From an uncultured Rhabdochlamydiaceae bacterium (GTDB lineage Bacteria; Chlamydiota; Chlamydiia; Chlamydiales; Rhabdochlamydiaceae), in NCBI GenBank assembly GCA_963712275.1, contig CAVQHD010000001.1, forward strand, positions 512,001 through 576,000: a stretch of 64,000 nucleotides of DNA, read 5' to 3'. Below the pieces are notes generated by a model. The model did no database searches. It was not told the DNA's origin and worked only from the letters and a program-made list of their open reading frames with translations. Below are positions 41,465 through 52,928 of this stretch, one piece after another (position 1 is the first letter of the stretch; every line of letters starts with the position of its first letter). The translations under genes were made by a program, and so were the position numbers.

Positions 41465-44400
41465 ATGCACATCAGATCAAAGAAGCTCCTGTATTTTACA
41501 GCAGCGTTCACTCTTTCATTAGGCACCTCTTTTGCAACGGTGACACCTTATATCGTTACGACGGGTACTGATTCCAATACAACAACAGGGGGACAGTCGG
41601 CTCCTTATTTGGATCTTCGGTATGCTTTAAATCAGATTCTCAATAACCAGGCTCAAGGCTTATCCAATGGTCCCTATGCAATTACCTTTGATTTTTCCGA
41701 TGGCTCTACGCAGGTAACCTTAGAAAATATTCTCCCTCCGATCAATCTATTTTCTTCCGATACCATCACGATTGGTAATCCTTCAGGATCTACGACGATT
41801 GATGGAAATGGCCACCGACCTTTTTTTATTAGGCAGGGCAGCAATATAACATTACAAAACCTGGCGATTGAAAACTCTACAGCTCAGGGAGGCAGAGGGG
41901 GCGTTGAAGGTGGCGGAGGCGGGATGGGAGCGGGAGGCGCTGTTTTTGTGGATGGAGCTACTGTTACCCTCAGCAATGTGACATTTTCTTCTAATAGTGC
42001 AAGCGCAGGCCGTGGGGTTAGGTTCTCGGGGGTTGGAGGGGGTGGTGGTGGTGGGCTTGGTGAAAATGGAGGGGCGACTAATGGTGGCTTAGGCGGAGGC
42101 GGAGGCTATAGTGGTATTGGTGGCACAGGCCAGATGGGCGGTGGCGGAGGAGTTGCGAATGGAGGGAATGGAACTGCCTCTGGCGCTGGAGCAGGAGGGG
42201 GTGGAGCCATCTTAGGAGCGTCGGGAGGGAATTCAAATGCTGGCAATGGACAGACTGTAACTGGTTATGTTTTTGGGGGTGGCGGAGCTGCTCCTGCAAC
42301 CGCTACCAATGGCGGCGCTGGGGGAGGAACAAGCCCAGGAGCTCCAGCAACATGGGCAGGCGGGGGTGGCGGTTATTCCGGCTCAGGCATCAATGGCGGT
42401 GCCGGAGGAGGCGGTGGCGGCCAAGGTGATTCTGGCAGTGGAGGTAATGGGGGTGCTGGCGGCGGCGGTGGTGGTGGTGGTACGAATGGACTTAATTCTG
42501 GCTCCGGTGGTTATGGAGGAGGAGGGGGGGAGGAAGTCTAGGAGGAACCGGAGGCTTTGGCGGCGGTGGTGGCGGTGGTGGTAAGATGACCTCAGGATCT
42601 GCTCAGGGGAATGGTGGTTTCGGTGGAGGCGGGGGAAGTTGCAGCCTCATAGGGAATGGTGTGATTAGTGGCAATGGCGGCTTTGGGGCCGGTGGCGGGG
42701 ATGGAGGTGGTGGACTCTATACCCCGGGCAGCGGTGGCACGGGAGGCTGCAACGGTCTAAACACCGCTGGAGGAGATGGAGGGGCAATGGGGGGCGCTCT
42801 TTTCGTCAATACGGGAGCGGTAATCTTTCAAGGAAATTGCTCGGCGACAGGAAATAGCGTCACCGCAAATGGAGGCGCAGGTGCATTTGTCGGATCTGAC
42901 ATCTTTGCGGTCACTGGCGCTACCCTTACATTTGCTCCGGGAACCGGGAATACCGTAATGCTAGCTGGAACGATTGCAGATGATAGTCTTAATTCCATCC
43001 CTTCAGGGAATTCTTGGCAGCCAGGAACAGGGACTGGTCTCTCCCTTACAATGCAAGGGCCAGGAACCCTTGTTTTGAGCGGAGCCAATACCTATGCAGG
43101 GGTTACAACGGTAACAGCTGGAAGGCTCTCTGTGAATGGATCCATTCAAGGAGGCGTCTCAGTAGCCTCTGGTGCAACCCTTGGAGGGACAGGGACCATT
43201 TATGGAGGAGGCTCTATCTTTGGAACGCTCTCTCCAGGCAATTCCATTGGAACCATCACATTTGATACCTCAAGCGGTCCTTTAACGTTAGAGAGTTCTT
43301 CTATTACAAATATCGAGATCGATCCCACGACGTCTTCTGAAATCTTGGTAACAGGCAGTGGAAGTGTAGCGCTTGGGGGGACTGTGAATGTCACTCAGGA
43401 TGCAGGAAGCTATCCCGCAGATATGCGGTATACGATTTTGGAAGGCTCTTATACAGGAGAGTTTGATCCAGCTGTCACAGGAGGACTTCCTGGGTATACG
43501 TTTAGACTCTCTTATGCACCGAATTTTGTATATCTTCTCTATGGGAATATAATGCCCCCTCAAATCTCAACAATAAGCCTCTCTGGCAATAGCCTGAAGG
43601 TAGCAAACTATTTAAACAACTATGCATCCAGCTCTACTATTGAGCTTTTCGACGGGTTAAGTGCAGGCGCATTGCAAAATGCAATGGAAAGAGTCTCTCC
43701 ATCTAGAAATGCCTTTAGCGCCTATATCACCCAGCAGACAGCGTTTTCTTTGAGCAAAGACCTTAGCTGGCACATAGATGCGCTGATCACAGCACGCGAG
43801 AGATCTTCCCAAAAAGAGTTCGTGGCAGAACTATTTGCCGATGCGTCCAATCAGATTCAACCCCCCGTCAAGAGTTTAGATAAGAGTAAGCTCTCTGCAT
43901 GGATCTCAGGCTTTGGAGAATATGCCCATCAAAAAGCTGAGATGCAAAACCCCTCGTTTAACTACCACTCTCAAGCTGTGCTTGGAGGAATTGATTACTG
44001 TGGAGAAAATCGAGGGATTGCAGGGATTGCGCTTGGGTTTGTCCATACCCGCTACACAGAAGATCACAATTTCGGACATGGCAACATCAATGGCTATGTT
44101 GCAAGCCTCTATGGAAATGCTTTTGCAGGTAATTTCTACTTTTCTCCCGCCGTTTGGGGAATTTTTAATGAAACAGAGAACACAAGAGATATTTCCTTTT
44201 CTGGTTTTTCTAAAAAAGCAAAAGCAAATATCTTTGCCTGGCAGCTGGTTCCCCATTTAGAAGTGGGCTACGATGTAAAATTTTCTTGGGGAGATGTGAT
44301 CCCCTTTTTGGCTGTAGACTGGGCGATTAACTGGCAAAGAGGTTATCAAGAGAGAGGATCAGCTCCCTTCAATGCGAGAGCAAAAGCCTTGAGTAATTCC

Positions 44401-44721
44401 ATGGTGCGCAGTGAAATAGGGCTTAAATTTTGTGAGAAATGGGAGCGCTCCTGGGGCGTTTTCTTCTTAAGAGAGAAGGTCAGCTATGTATTCCAAAAAC
44501 CGTTTGCAGCAGATACAGTCACAACAGCGCTTACCGGCATTCCAACGGCCTTTACTGTGAGCGCTCTGAACCAAAATCTCAACCTTGGAGATGTAGGGCT
44601 CGACTTTGCTGTCGCAATCGGCAAGAAAAAACCCACTTCAATCAACTTAGGCTATGAAGCGGAATTTGGTTCCAAATACTGGTCTAATCAGTTTATGCTT
44701 ACCGTTGGAAAGGACTTTTGA
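41465..44721 (+). pseudogene. Glycine-rich autotransporter split by a 1-nt frameshift in a G7 tract (42524-42530)
   Basis: Signal peptide, GGAV/FxxN motifs, Gly-rich passenger, PATR-like GTLVLSGANTYAG, beta-barrel ending in F. G8 instead of G7 joins both ORFs into 1085 aa. Confidence 0.85.
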
Positions 44722-44832
44722 AGGGAAACTCTTGAACGAAGAATTAATTGGGAGAGCGATCCGAGAATGTCTCAAAAATGGCGATTCAGAAAGCGTGTAT
44801 GATCAGTGAAGAAGTTTTCTTATAGACAGCTT

Positions 44833-45084
44833 CTAAGATTGAGAGATTTGATCCCTAAGAACGTATGGATCTAAATCGATATCATCGCCCCATGTTAATG
44901 TATCTGTCTTTGGATCAACCCGGACTTGATTGAAGAAATCGATAGATTTCCAAGCTTTAAAGACCCCTTTGCCAACTAAATTGCTTAAATTGATTTTGCC
45001 TTCTAAGCCATCATCGAAGCGAATCCAAACATGGTAATTTGGCAAAGCTTTGCAAGCGACTACCTTGGCCCTTTTGAATCCCAT
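44833..45084 (-). CDS. DUF2442-family protein (putative TA partner)
   Basis: IRFDDG...GVF...F..V......TLTW..DIDLDP motif; ATG 45084 with GGAG RBS. Confidence 0.8.
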   Translation of the reverse strand: MGFKRAKVVACKALPNYHVWIRFDDGLEGKINLSNLVGKGVFKAWKSIDFFNQVRVDPKTDTLTWGDDIDLDPYVLRDQISQS

Positions 45085-45094
45085 GACTCCACAT

Positions 45095-45355
45095 TTATTG
45101 GAGAGGGGGAATTTTTTGTAGTTTTTTATTAGCTGCAGCATAGTTCCAATCCTCCATTAATTGATTTTGATGGATCTGAGCCCATTCCAGCACCAGGCTT
45201 AAAGCCCGTGGAGGCAGTTTTCCTTTTAGTACTCCCAGAGGAGAGATTTGTATTAAAATCTCATCATCTCCATACCTCGCATGAAAGTGAGGCGGAGCAT
45301 GGTCATTATAATACATCAAAATCAGAATACCAAAAAACTCTGAAATAGTCGGCAT
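45095..45355 (-). CDS. DUF4160-family protein (putative TA partner)
   Basis: MPTIS.FFGI.I.MYYNDHAPPHFHARY motif. Confidence 0.88.
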   Translation of the reverse strand: MPTISEFFGILILMYYNDHAPPHFHARYGDDEILIQISPLGVLKGKLPPRALSLVLEWAQIHQNQLMEDWNYAAANKKLQKIPPLQ

Positions 45356-45462
45356 ACGTTGACTTAAGATTTTTTATGGATGACAAAATGCTAAGCTAAT
45401 CCTTGGTTTTTTTCTATACTAAGGTTTTGAGTACATCGAATTGACGTTATTGGGGTGTGTAA

Positions 45463-47103
<1,641 letters not shown>

Positions 47104-47148
47104 TAAATTTTTGAGTTGTGGTTTTAGGGCGGTCGATAGTATTGTAAA

Positions 47149-47601
47149 ATGCACGATTTTACCAAAGGATGTTTTATGTCTTTAGTAAGCTTAACAAAAC
47201 AGGATTTGGTGCATGGTTTGTGGAATGGTTTGTCTGTCCTGAGTCACTATGGGATGGGACTCGGGACCGCTCGTCTCGTGGACTTCTATGTGAAAAAGCT
47301 GATTAAGAATGGACAAATCAATCGGCATATTGCGCCCCTTTGTGCTTTTGGAATGGGCACCATGGCTTCAGTTGTTCTTGCTCCCAAAACACCTTTAGTA
47401 AGTTTTAAAGGACGGAAAGTCATAGAGATTGTGATATTTCAAAGCATTGTCAATGCTTTAATTAATTTTGTTATAAAAAAAAAGATTTATATTCCCCTTG
47501 TTGTTGGTGAAGGGGCTGCGGTTGGATGGCTGGGTTCACGGGGTTTAATGGTATATGGATTTGTGGGAGCCATACACGGATCGTTTTGGGCCACTTTCTG
47601 A
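47149..47601 (+). CDS. Hypothetical membrane protein
   Basis: Hydrophobic ORF; the start may be ATG 47176. Confidence 0.55.
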   Translation: MHDFTKGCFMSLVSLTKQDLVHGLWNGLSVLSHYGMGLGTARLVDFYVKKLIKNGQINRHIAPLCAFGMGTMASVVLAPKTPLVSFKGRKVIEIVIFQSIVNALINFVIKKKIYIPLVVGEGAAVGWLGSRGLMVYGFVGAIHGSFWATF

Positions 47602-47676
47602 GACGTCTCAATCAAGCGCCAATTCAAAAAAAAGCAAATAGGATCTTGGCTGTATCATAGCCATCTAAAAGCGCTC

Positions 47677-49338
47677 TCACTTTCCTCCCCGCCGGCTCCA
47701 AAAGGCGGGGGTTAGGACGACGAGGAGGGTCAAGTACTCCAACCTGCCCAGCACCATCCAGAAAATACAGACAAGTTTAGAAAAAATGGGGAGGAAGGCG
47801 TATGATCCAGTGATCCCTAGCCCTCCCAGATTAAGGCCGGTGTTATTGATCATGCAGCTGATGATCCCAATCGATGTCAGCGGGTCTTGGTGATCAAGGA
47901 CGAGAAGATAGGTCCCAAGTCCCACGAATAAAATCACGATGCAGAAGAATGTGAGGACAGACGTGATGGTTTTGGGGGGAATTTCTCGCTCGCCAACTTT
48001 CATGACGCGCACGACTTCAGGGCGGAAAAGAGTTTCAATTTTATGCCTGATTGCCTTCATGACAATGAAGTACCGAATGACTTTAATTCCTCCTGTTGTC
48101 GATCCCGACATCCCTCCGATAAACATCAAAATGACCATGAGCAGCTGGCAGGAAAAGGGCCATAAATCATAAGTCGTGAGTGAAAATCCGGTCGATGTTT
48201 GTGCAGAGATGGCCATAAACGATCCATGCTGAAGAGCCTCATTGAGTGTAAAGCGGCTAATAGAGCCAAAGTGAGGTGTATTCCAGAGGTTTAACGACAT
48301 GAGAAGGCATCCGCCTACAAGCAAAATCAAATAGAGGAAAAATTCTGGTTCATAAAGTCGGTTAAATTTTCTCTTAAGACAATGAAAATAAAGGGTGAAG
48401 TTGAAACTTCCCAAGAGCATAAAAAGAGCGATAATCCAAGGGGTTGCAATGCTAGGGTACGCTTCAAGACCTAAATTTGTCGTGGTAAAGCCTCCTGTGG
48501 AGATTGTGGAAAAGGAGAGCGTGACGGCGTCAAAAAGAGAGATGGAAGAATTTGTGAACATAAGAAGAGCTGTTTGCACTACCGTCAGCCCCAGATAGAT
48601 TTTCCAAAGAAGGCTTGCTGTTTCCTTGATCCGGGGTGTCATTCCTTCTTTAGAAAGGCCCGGCACCTCATTTTCGAACAAAAACTTCCCTCCCATGGAG
48701 AGGGCAGGAAGAACAGCGATAAAGAGAACGACGACTCCCATTCCGCCGATCCACTCCATAAAAGCTCTCCAAAACAGGAGTGGTTTTCCAATTGCTTCGA
48801 TTCCCACTTTGAGGACTTGGCCTGTGACTGAATCTTTAAGAGGAGCTACCGTTCCATAAAAAGAGTAAACCATGGAAGGATCGAGCGGATGCCGAACGCA
48901 TGCCGGGATTTCAACTCCCGCAGAGTTGTACTCTTTAGGAAATAAAATCGTCACCCCCGTTGTCGTCAGCCCTGACATCGACTCAAAATAGGCATCGATA
49001 GGGTGCTTCAAAACACCTGTGAATAAAAACGGGCAAGCTCCGATGCCTGCTGTGAGAAGCCAGATGAGGACTACAACCAAAATGCTTTCCTTTCGATAAA
49101 GAGGCCGGCAGGAGCCCTGCCCTTTCCATCGGAAAAAAAGTCCGCAGATTGCAGCAATGCCAATTGTCTCTAAAAAGGCAACAGTTGCAGATGTTGAAAG
49201 ATAGGTGTTGTTTTGAAAGATGAACTCATCTCCCACAGAAACGGCCAGCGGGATCAGTAAAATGGCTGCAAGATAAAAAAAGTATCGTCCAAGGACCTGG
49301 CTGATTTCACGGCTTAATAACCTGAATTTTGGATTCAT
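47677..49338 (-). CDS. trkH: Trk potassium uptake permease
   Basis: FESMSGLTTTG, STGGF, GGMSGSTTGGIK and GRLE motifs. Confidence 0.93.
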   Translation of the reverse strand: MNPKFRLLSREISQVLGRYFFYLAAILLIPLAVSVGDEFIFQNNTYLSTSATVAFLETIGIAAICGLFFRWKGQGSCRPLYRKESILVVVLIWLLTAGIGACPFLFTGVLKHPIDAYFESMSGLTTTGVTILFPKEYNSAGVEIPACVRHPLDPSMVYSFYGTVAPLKDSVTGQVLKVGIEAIGKPLLFWRAFMEWIGGMGVVVLFIAVLPALSMGGKFLFENEVPGLSKEGMTPRIKETASLLWKIYLGLTVVQTALLMFTNSSISLFDAVTLSFSTISTGGFTTTNLGLEAYPSIATPWIIALFMLLGSFNFTLYFHCLKRKFNRLYEPEFFLYLILLVGGCLLMSLNLWNTPHFGSISRFTLNEALQHGSFMAISAQTSTGFSLTTYDLWPFSCQLLMVILMFIGGMSGSTTGGIKVIRYFIVMKAIRHKIETLFRPEVVRVMKVGEREIPPKTITSVLTFFCIVILFVGLGTYLLVLDHQDPLTSIGIISCMINNTGLNLGGLGITGSYAFLPIFSKLVCIFWMVLGRLEYLTLLVVLTPAFWSRRGGK

Positions 49339-50669
49339 TTCACAGAATCGGGGCTGCAGATGACGATAGCGGTATCTCCGGGGGATAAAACGGTATTTCC
49401 TTTAGGAATCACAATTCCTTTTTTATTTTCGATCATGGCGATGATAAAATTGTTTGGAAGAGTGGGCTTGAGGTCTGCAAGCGGGGTGCCGGCGAGGCTA
49501 GAGTTGGAAGAAATTTTCAACTCCATGATTTGGGCTTGATTGTTGTAAAGAGATGCCACATGGGTGATCGGGTTGCTCGCTAAAATAGCGTGAATCTGCC
49601 TGGCAATACTGGCTTTTTCTGAGAGAGCATGAGAAATTCCCAATTGTTTCAAGAGAGGAAGAGAGCTTTCATCTGAAATAATCGCAATCACTTGTTTGCA
49701 TCCCGCCTGCTTCGCAAGCGCTGCGGCTAAAATATTTGTTTCGTGAGATTGTGTGCAGGCAATGAAAAGGTCGGTATGATCCACTCCTTCTTCTTGTAAA
49801 AAGGCATAATCTGTTCCATCGTGGTTTAAAACGGTTGCAAAAGGGAACAGTTTAGCAAGATGGAGGCACTTCGCCTCATCTTGTTCAATAATTTTGATCC
49901 GAATCTTTTGTCCCTCTAAAAGTTTACAGAGATGAAACGTCACTCCTGAGCTTCCAATGAGTGTAACCGAAGAGATCGTGGTTTTTGGGATCCCAAAGTC
50001 ATCTGAAAGCGAGCGCATCACATGCGCCTCTCCAATGAGGGTTGCCTCATCTCCTGGGAGAAGATAGTCATTCCCTTTTGGGAAGATCAGTGTTTCTTGT
50101 CCATTTTGAAGTTTGCGTCGAATCAGGCCAATGAGCAGATGGTCGTCAAGGTGAGCGGTCGCGAGAGGTACACCTGCCCGTTTAAAATTGTCCGGGATCG
50201 TCACCGTTCTCATTTGAACAGAGCCAAGGGCAAAATTTTCGATCATTTTGTTCTCAGGGTAGGCGATATACTTGAACAATTCATGAGCTAGGGTGAGTTC
50301 TGCTGCCAAAAGATAATCGACAAAAAATAATTGAGAGAACTCCAAACGGCGATAGTCTAAAAAAGCATTTTGCCGAATCCGGGCCACCGTCTTAGGATAT
50401 CCCAAATTTTTGGCAATCGTGCAGGCGACAAGATTGGTTTCATCGTGGCTGCTCATAGCGATAAAAAGGTCAGGGGAAAGATCTGTCAGCTCTTCCAACA
50501 CTCTCCAATCAGTTCCAGATCCCAGGCGCGTTGCGACATCGGCAGATCTCGCTATTTTTTCAAGCGCCTTGGGGTCTTGATCGACCACAACGATATCATG
50601 CTCCTCTTCTGCAAGCGTTGCTGCAAGAAAAGAGCCAATACTTCCCGCACCTAAAATAATAATTTTCAT
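49335..50669 (-). CDS. trkA: Trk potassium uptake NAD-binding subunit
   Basis: GAGSIG Rossmann motif, DETNLVAC, two RCK repeats. Confidence 0.93.
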   Translation of the reverse strand: MKIIILGAGSIGSFLAATLAEEEHDIVVVDQDPKALEKIARSADVATRLGSGTDWRVLEELTDLSPDLFIAMSSHDETNLVACTIAKNLGYPKTVARIRQNAFLDYRRLEFSQLFFVDYLLAAELTLAHELFKYIAYPENKMIENFALGSVQMRTVTIPDNFKRAGVPLATAHLDDHLLIGLIRRKLQNGQETLIFPKGNDYLLPGDEATLIGEAHVMRSLSDDFGIPKTTISSVTLIGSSGVTFHLCKLLEGQKIRIKIIEQDEAKCLHLAKLFPFATVLNHDGTDYAFLQEEGVDHTDLFIACTQSHETNILAAALAKQAGCKQVIAIISDESSLPLLKQLGISHALSEKASIARQIHAILASNPITHVASLYNNQAQIMELKISSNSSLAGTPLADLKPTLPNNFIIAMIENKKGIVIPKGNTVLSPGDTAIVICSPDSVK

Positions 50670-50888
50670 AATCCCTTTATTATACCAAGGATAAAAGGTA
50701 AAGTAAAGGTTGATGCCGCATGCCTCAACTCTTACTCAGTTAAAAATTTTAAGTGTATCCCATACGGGGGGGGATTTTGATATTCAAGCGCTTAGAGTGG
50801 AAGTATTAAGTAATTTTTTTTCTAGGTTACAAGAATAAAGTAAAGCTTGCTGAAAATCGGTTTCTATCCGACACTTATCTCTTTTCCT

Positions 50889-50962
50889 GCACCGGTAGCT
50901 CAGCTGGATAGAGTACATGGCTACGAACCATGAGGTCAGAGGTTCGAATCCTCTCCGGTGCG
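50889..50962 (+). tRNA. tRNA-Arg (ACG)
   Basis: Acceptor GCACCGG/CCGGTGC, anticodon arm CATGG-CTACGAA-CCATG, T-loop GTTCGAATC. Confidence 0.96.
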
Positions 50963-50963
50963 T

Positions 50964-51614
50964 ATGCTATTAAAGATTTTCACGGCAGGGCCTGTCGAAA
51001 CCCACTGTTATCTTATAGGGTGCCCTGAGACGAGGGAGGCGGCTGTTATCGACGCTCCTCAAGGGGCTGCCTCCTTGGTTCTGAAGGAGGTAGAACAGCG
51101 GCAGCTGACGGTGAAAATGATTCTAATCACCCATTCTCATTGGGATCATATCGCCGATGCAGCTAAGCTTAAAAAAAAATTGAATGCCCTGCTCTATATT
51201 CACTCTGCCGATCAAAACAACTTGCTAGAGCCGGGATCAGATGGCCTTCCCCTTTTTTTCCCTGTTGAAGGGGTCAAGCCTGATAAGTTTCTGAGAGAGG
51301 GAGATCGACTTTACGTCGGACGCCTTGAAATCGATGTGATTGAGGCGCCAGGGCATACCCCCGGGGGGATTTGTTTATGGCTAGCAAAGGAAAAAGTGTT
51401 GTTTTCGGGCGATACCTTGTTTCAAGGATCGATCGGCAACCTAAGCTTTCCGACGGCAAATCCCTCAAAGATGTGGAACTCTTTGAAAAAACTTGCTAAA
51501 CTGCCACCTGAAACAAAGGTTTATCCGGGACACGGAGCTTCCACGACAATAGGAGCTGAAAGTTGGCTTGAAAACGCTCAAACGATTTTTGGAGGATATA
51601 CCCCAATCCGTTGA
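50964..51614 (+). CDS. Metallo-beta-lactamase-fold hydrolase (glyoxalase II-like)
   Basis: THSHWDH, PGHTPG, GDTLF and PGHG motifs; ATG at 50964. Confidence 0.92.
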   Translation: MLLKIFTAGPVETHCYLIGCPETREAAVIDAPQGAASLVLKEVEQRQLTVKMILITHSHWDHIADAAKLKKKLNALLYIHSADQNNLLEPGSDGLPLFFPVEGVKPDKFLREGDRLYVGRLEIDVIEAPGHTPGGICLWLAKEKVLFSGDTLFQGSIGNLSFPTANPSKMWNSLKKLAKLPPETKVYPGHGASTTIGAESWLENAQTIFGGYTPIR

Positions 51615-51761
51615 AAAATTGGCATTTGGGCTGCGTCAAAGCCCCGGGGTTCGATCATCGCAAGTGGGTCCGTATTGGATTAATACTGAACCACTTGCGA
51701 TGATCGAACCCCGGGGCTTTGACGCAGCCCAAATGTCAATTTTTCAACAGATTGGAGTATA
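51597..51761. mobile_element. ERIC-like / IS630-type palindromic MITE with TA duplication
   Basis: 71-bp arms 51597-51667 / 51691-51761 with 3 mismatches; ends TATACCC...GAGTATA. Confidence 0.85.
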
Positions 51762-51764
51762 AAA

Positions 51765-52355
51765 ATGATAAATTTATTGATTGGAAAAAAGGCGCCTTTT
51801 TTTAAAGCGCCGGCGGTTGTTGGAGGCGTCATTGAAAACGACTTTTCTCTTGAGGCGTTTAAACAATCGTATGTGGTTTTCTTTTTCTATCCCCTTGACT
51901 TTACTTTTGTATGTCCCACAGAGCTCCATGCTTTTCAGGAAGCTCTCCCTTTCTTCAAAGAGAGAAATGGTGTTGTCATTGGATGTTCTGTCGATAGTAT
52001 CTATGCTCATTTAGCTTGGCTGAATACCCCTGTTTCCAAGGGAGGAATCCAAGGGATTACATATCCTCTTGTGGCTGATTTGAATAAAACGATTGCACGA
52101 GATTTTCAGGTCCTCAAAGAAGATGCAGGGATTGCTTATCGAGGACTTTTCATTTTAGATCGTGAAGGAATCGTTCGGCACCAGCTTGTCAATGATCTGC
52201 CTTTAGGCCGGTCTGTCGAAGAAGCGCTCCGAACTCTCGACGCTCTCATTCAGCATGAAACACATGGCGAGGTATGTCCTGCCAATTGGAAACCTGGGTC
52301 AAAGGCCTTAAAACCAACGCAGCAGGGACTAGAAACCTATTTTGCTGTTAAATAA
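51765..52355 (+). CDS. ahpC: 2-Cys peroxiredoxin
   Basis: FYPLDFTFVCPTE and GEVCPANW motifs. Confidence 0.96.
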   Translation: MINLLIGKKAPFFKAPAVVGGVIENDFSLEAFKQSYVVFFFYPLDFTFVCPTELHAFQEALPFFKERNGVVIGCSVDSIYAHLAWLNTPVSKGGIQGITYPLVADLNKTIARDFQVLKEDAGIAYRGLFILDREGIVRHQLVNDLPLGRSVEEALRTLDALIQHETHGEVCPANWKPGSKALKPTQQGLETYFAVK

Positions 52356-52741
52356 TCGTACAAATCTTTTTGAGAGACGATGAGAAGACACTCATGAAGG
52401 TGGCAAATGGCAGTCGTCGCCTGAATAATCTCTTCATCACCGACACCTGGAAGGCAGATCGCCAAGAGCTCTGAATGCAAGGGTGTTTTTTTAAGCCATT
52501 TGAGGCCGGTCATATAGTCTGAAAAGCTAAAACCCTCTTCTGCGACCCGAAAATAAATCAAACTGCATTGAAAAAGAAGGACCCGAACAGCGTAGTGGAT
52601 TCCCTCGCTTTGCTCCGGAGGATGCCCCAATTGATCAAAGAGTTGATCAAGGGAGGCAACAGACATTGGTTGACCGATGACCCCTTTTTCCGCTGCCCCA
52701 AAAAGAAAGAGTGTTTTCCGATCCATAACTTCTTCATACAC
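52337..52741 (-). CDS. Conserved hypothetical protein
   Basis: 134-aa ORF with LFG.AEKG, FRV.EEG and LPGVGD blocks, convergent on ahpC. Confidence 0.7.
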   Translation of the reverse strand: MYEEVMDRKTLFLFGAAEKGVIGQPMSVASLDQLFDQLGHPPEQSEGIHYAVRVLLFQCSLIYFRVAEEGFSFSDYMTGLKWLKKTPLHSELLAICLPGVGDEEIIQATTAICHLHECLLIVSQKDLYDYLTAK

Positions 52742-52796
52742 ATATAAAAATTATTTTAAAGTTTATTTTGAATAAACAACTGAGGTATGACTTTAA

Positions 52797-52910
52797 GAGA
52801 CTGTCTATGGAGCCAGTTTCAGTCGATTTTTGGGATTATTTTGGCCAATTTTTGATTCATTTGTTGGGGGCAATATCAACTTTCGTATATTGCCCCCAAC
52901 AGACAGTCTC
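52797..52910. mobile_element. MITE-like element with 10-bp terminal inverted repeats and TAA duplication
   Basis: TAA-GAGACTGTCT...AGACAGTCTC-TAA; internal perfect 15-bp hairpin 52862-52876 / 52887-52901. Confidence 0.7.
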
Positions 52911-52928
52911 TAAATAAGAGGTATTGGT

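Noticed and set aside
41890..42800. G-rich low-complexity stretch as a DNA repeat or G-quadruplex element
   Set aside because: Explained by Gly codons of the autotransporter passenger.
44763..44836. Complete mini-MITE between the autotransporter and DUF2442
   Set aside because: Only the right end matches the family convincingly; the left TIR (GAGAATGTCT) is too degenerate to call.
51568..51762. 64-aa ORF over the hairpin
   Set aside because: Almost entirely repeat-derived.
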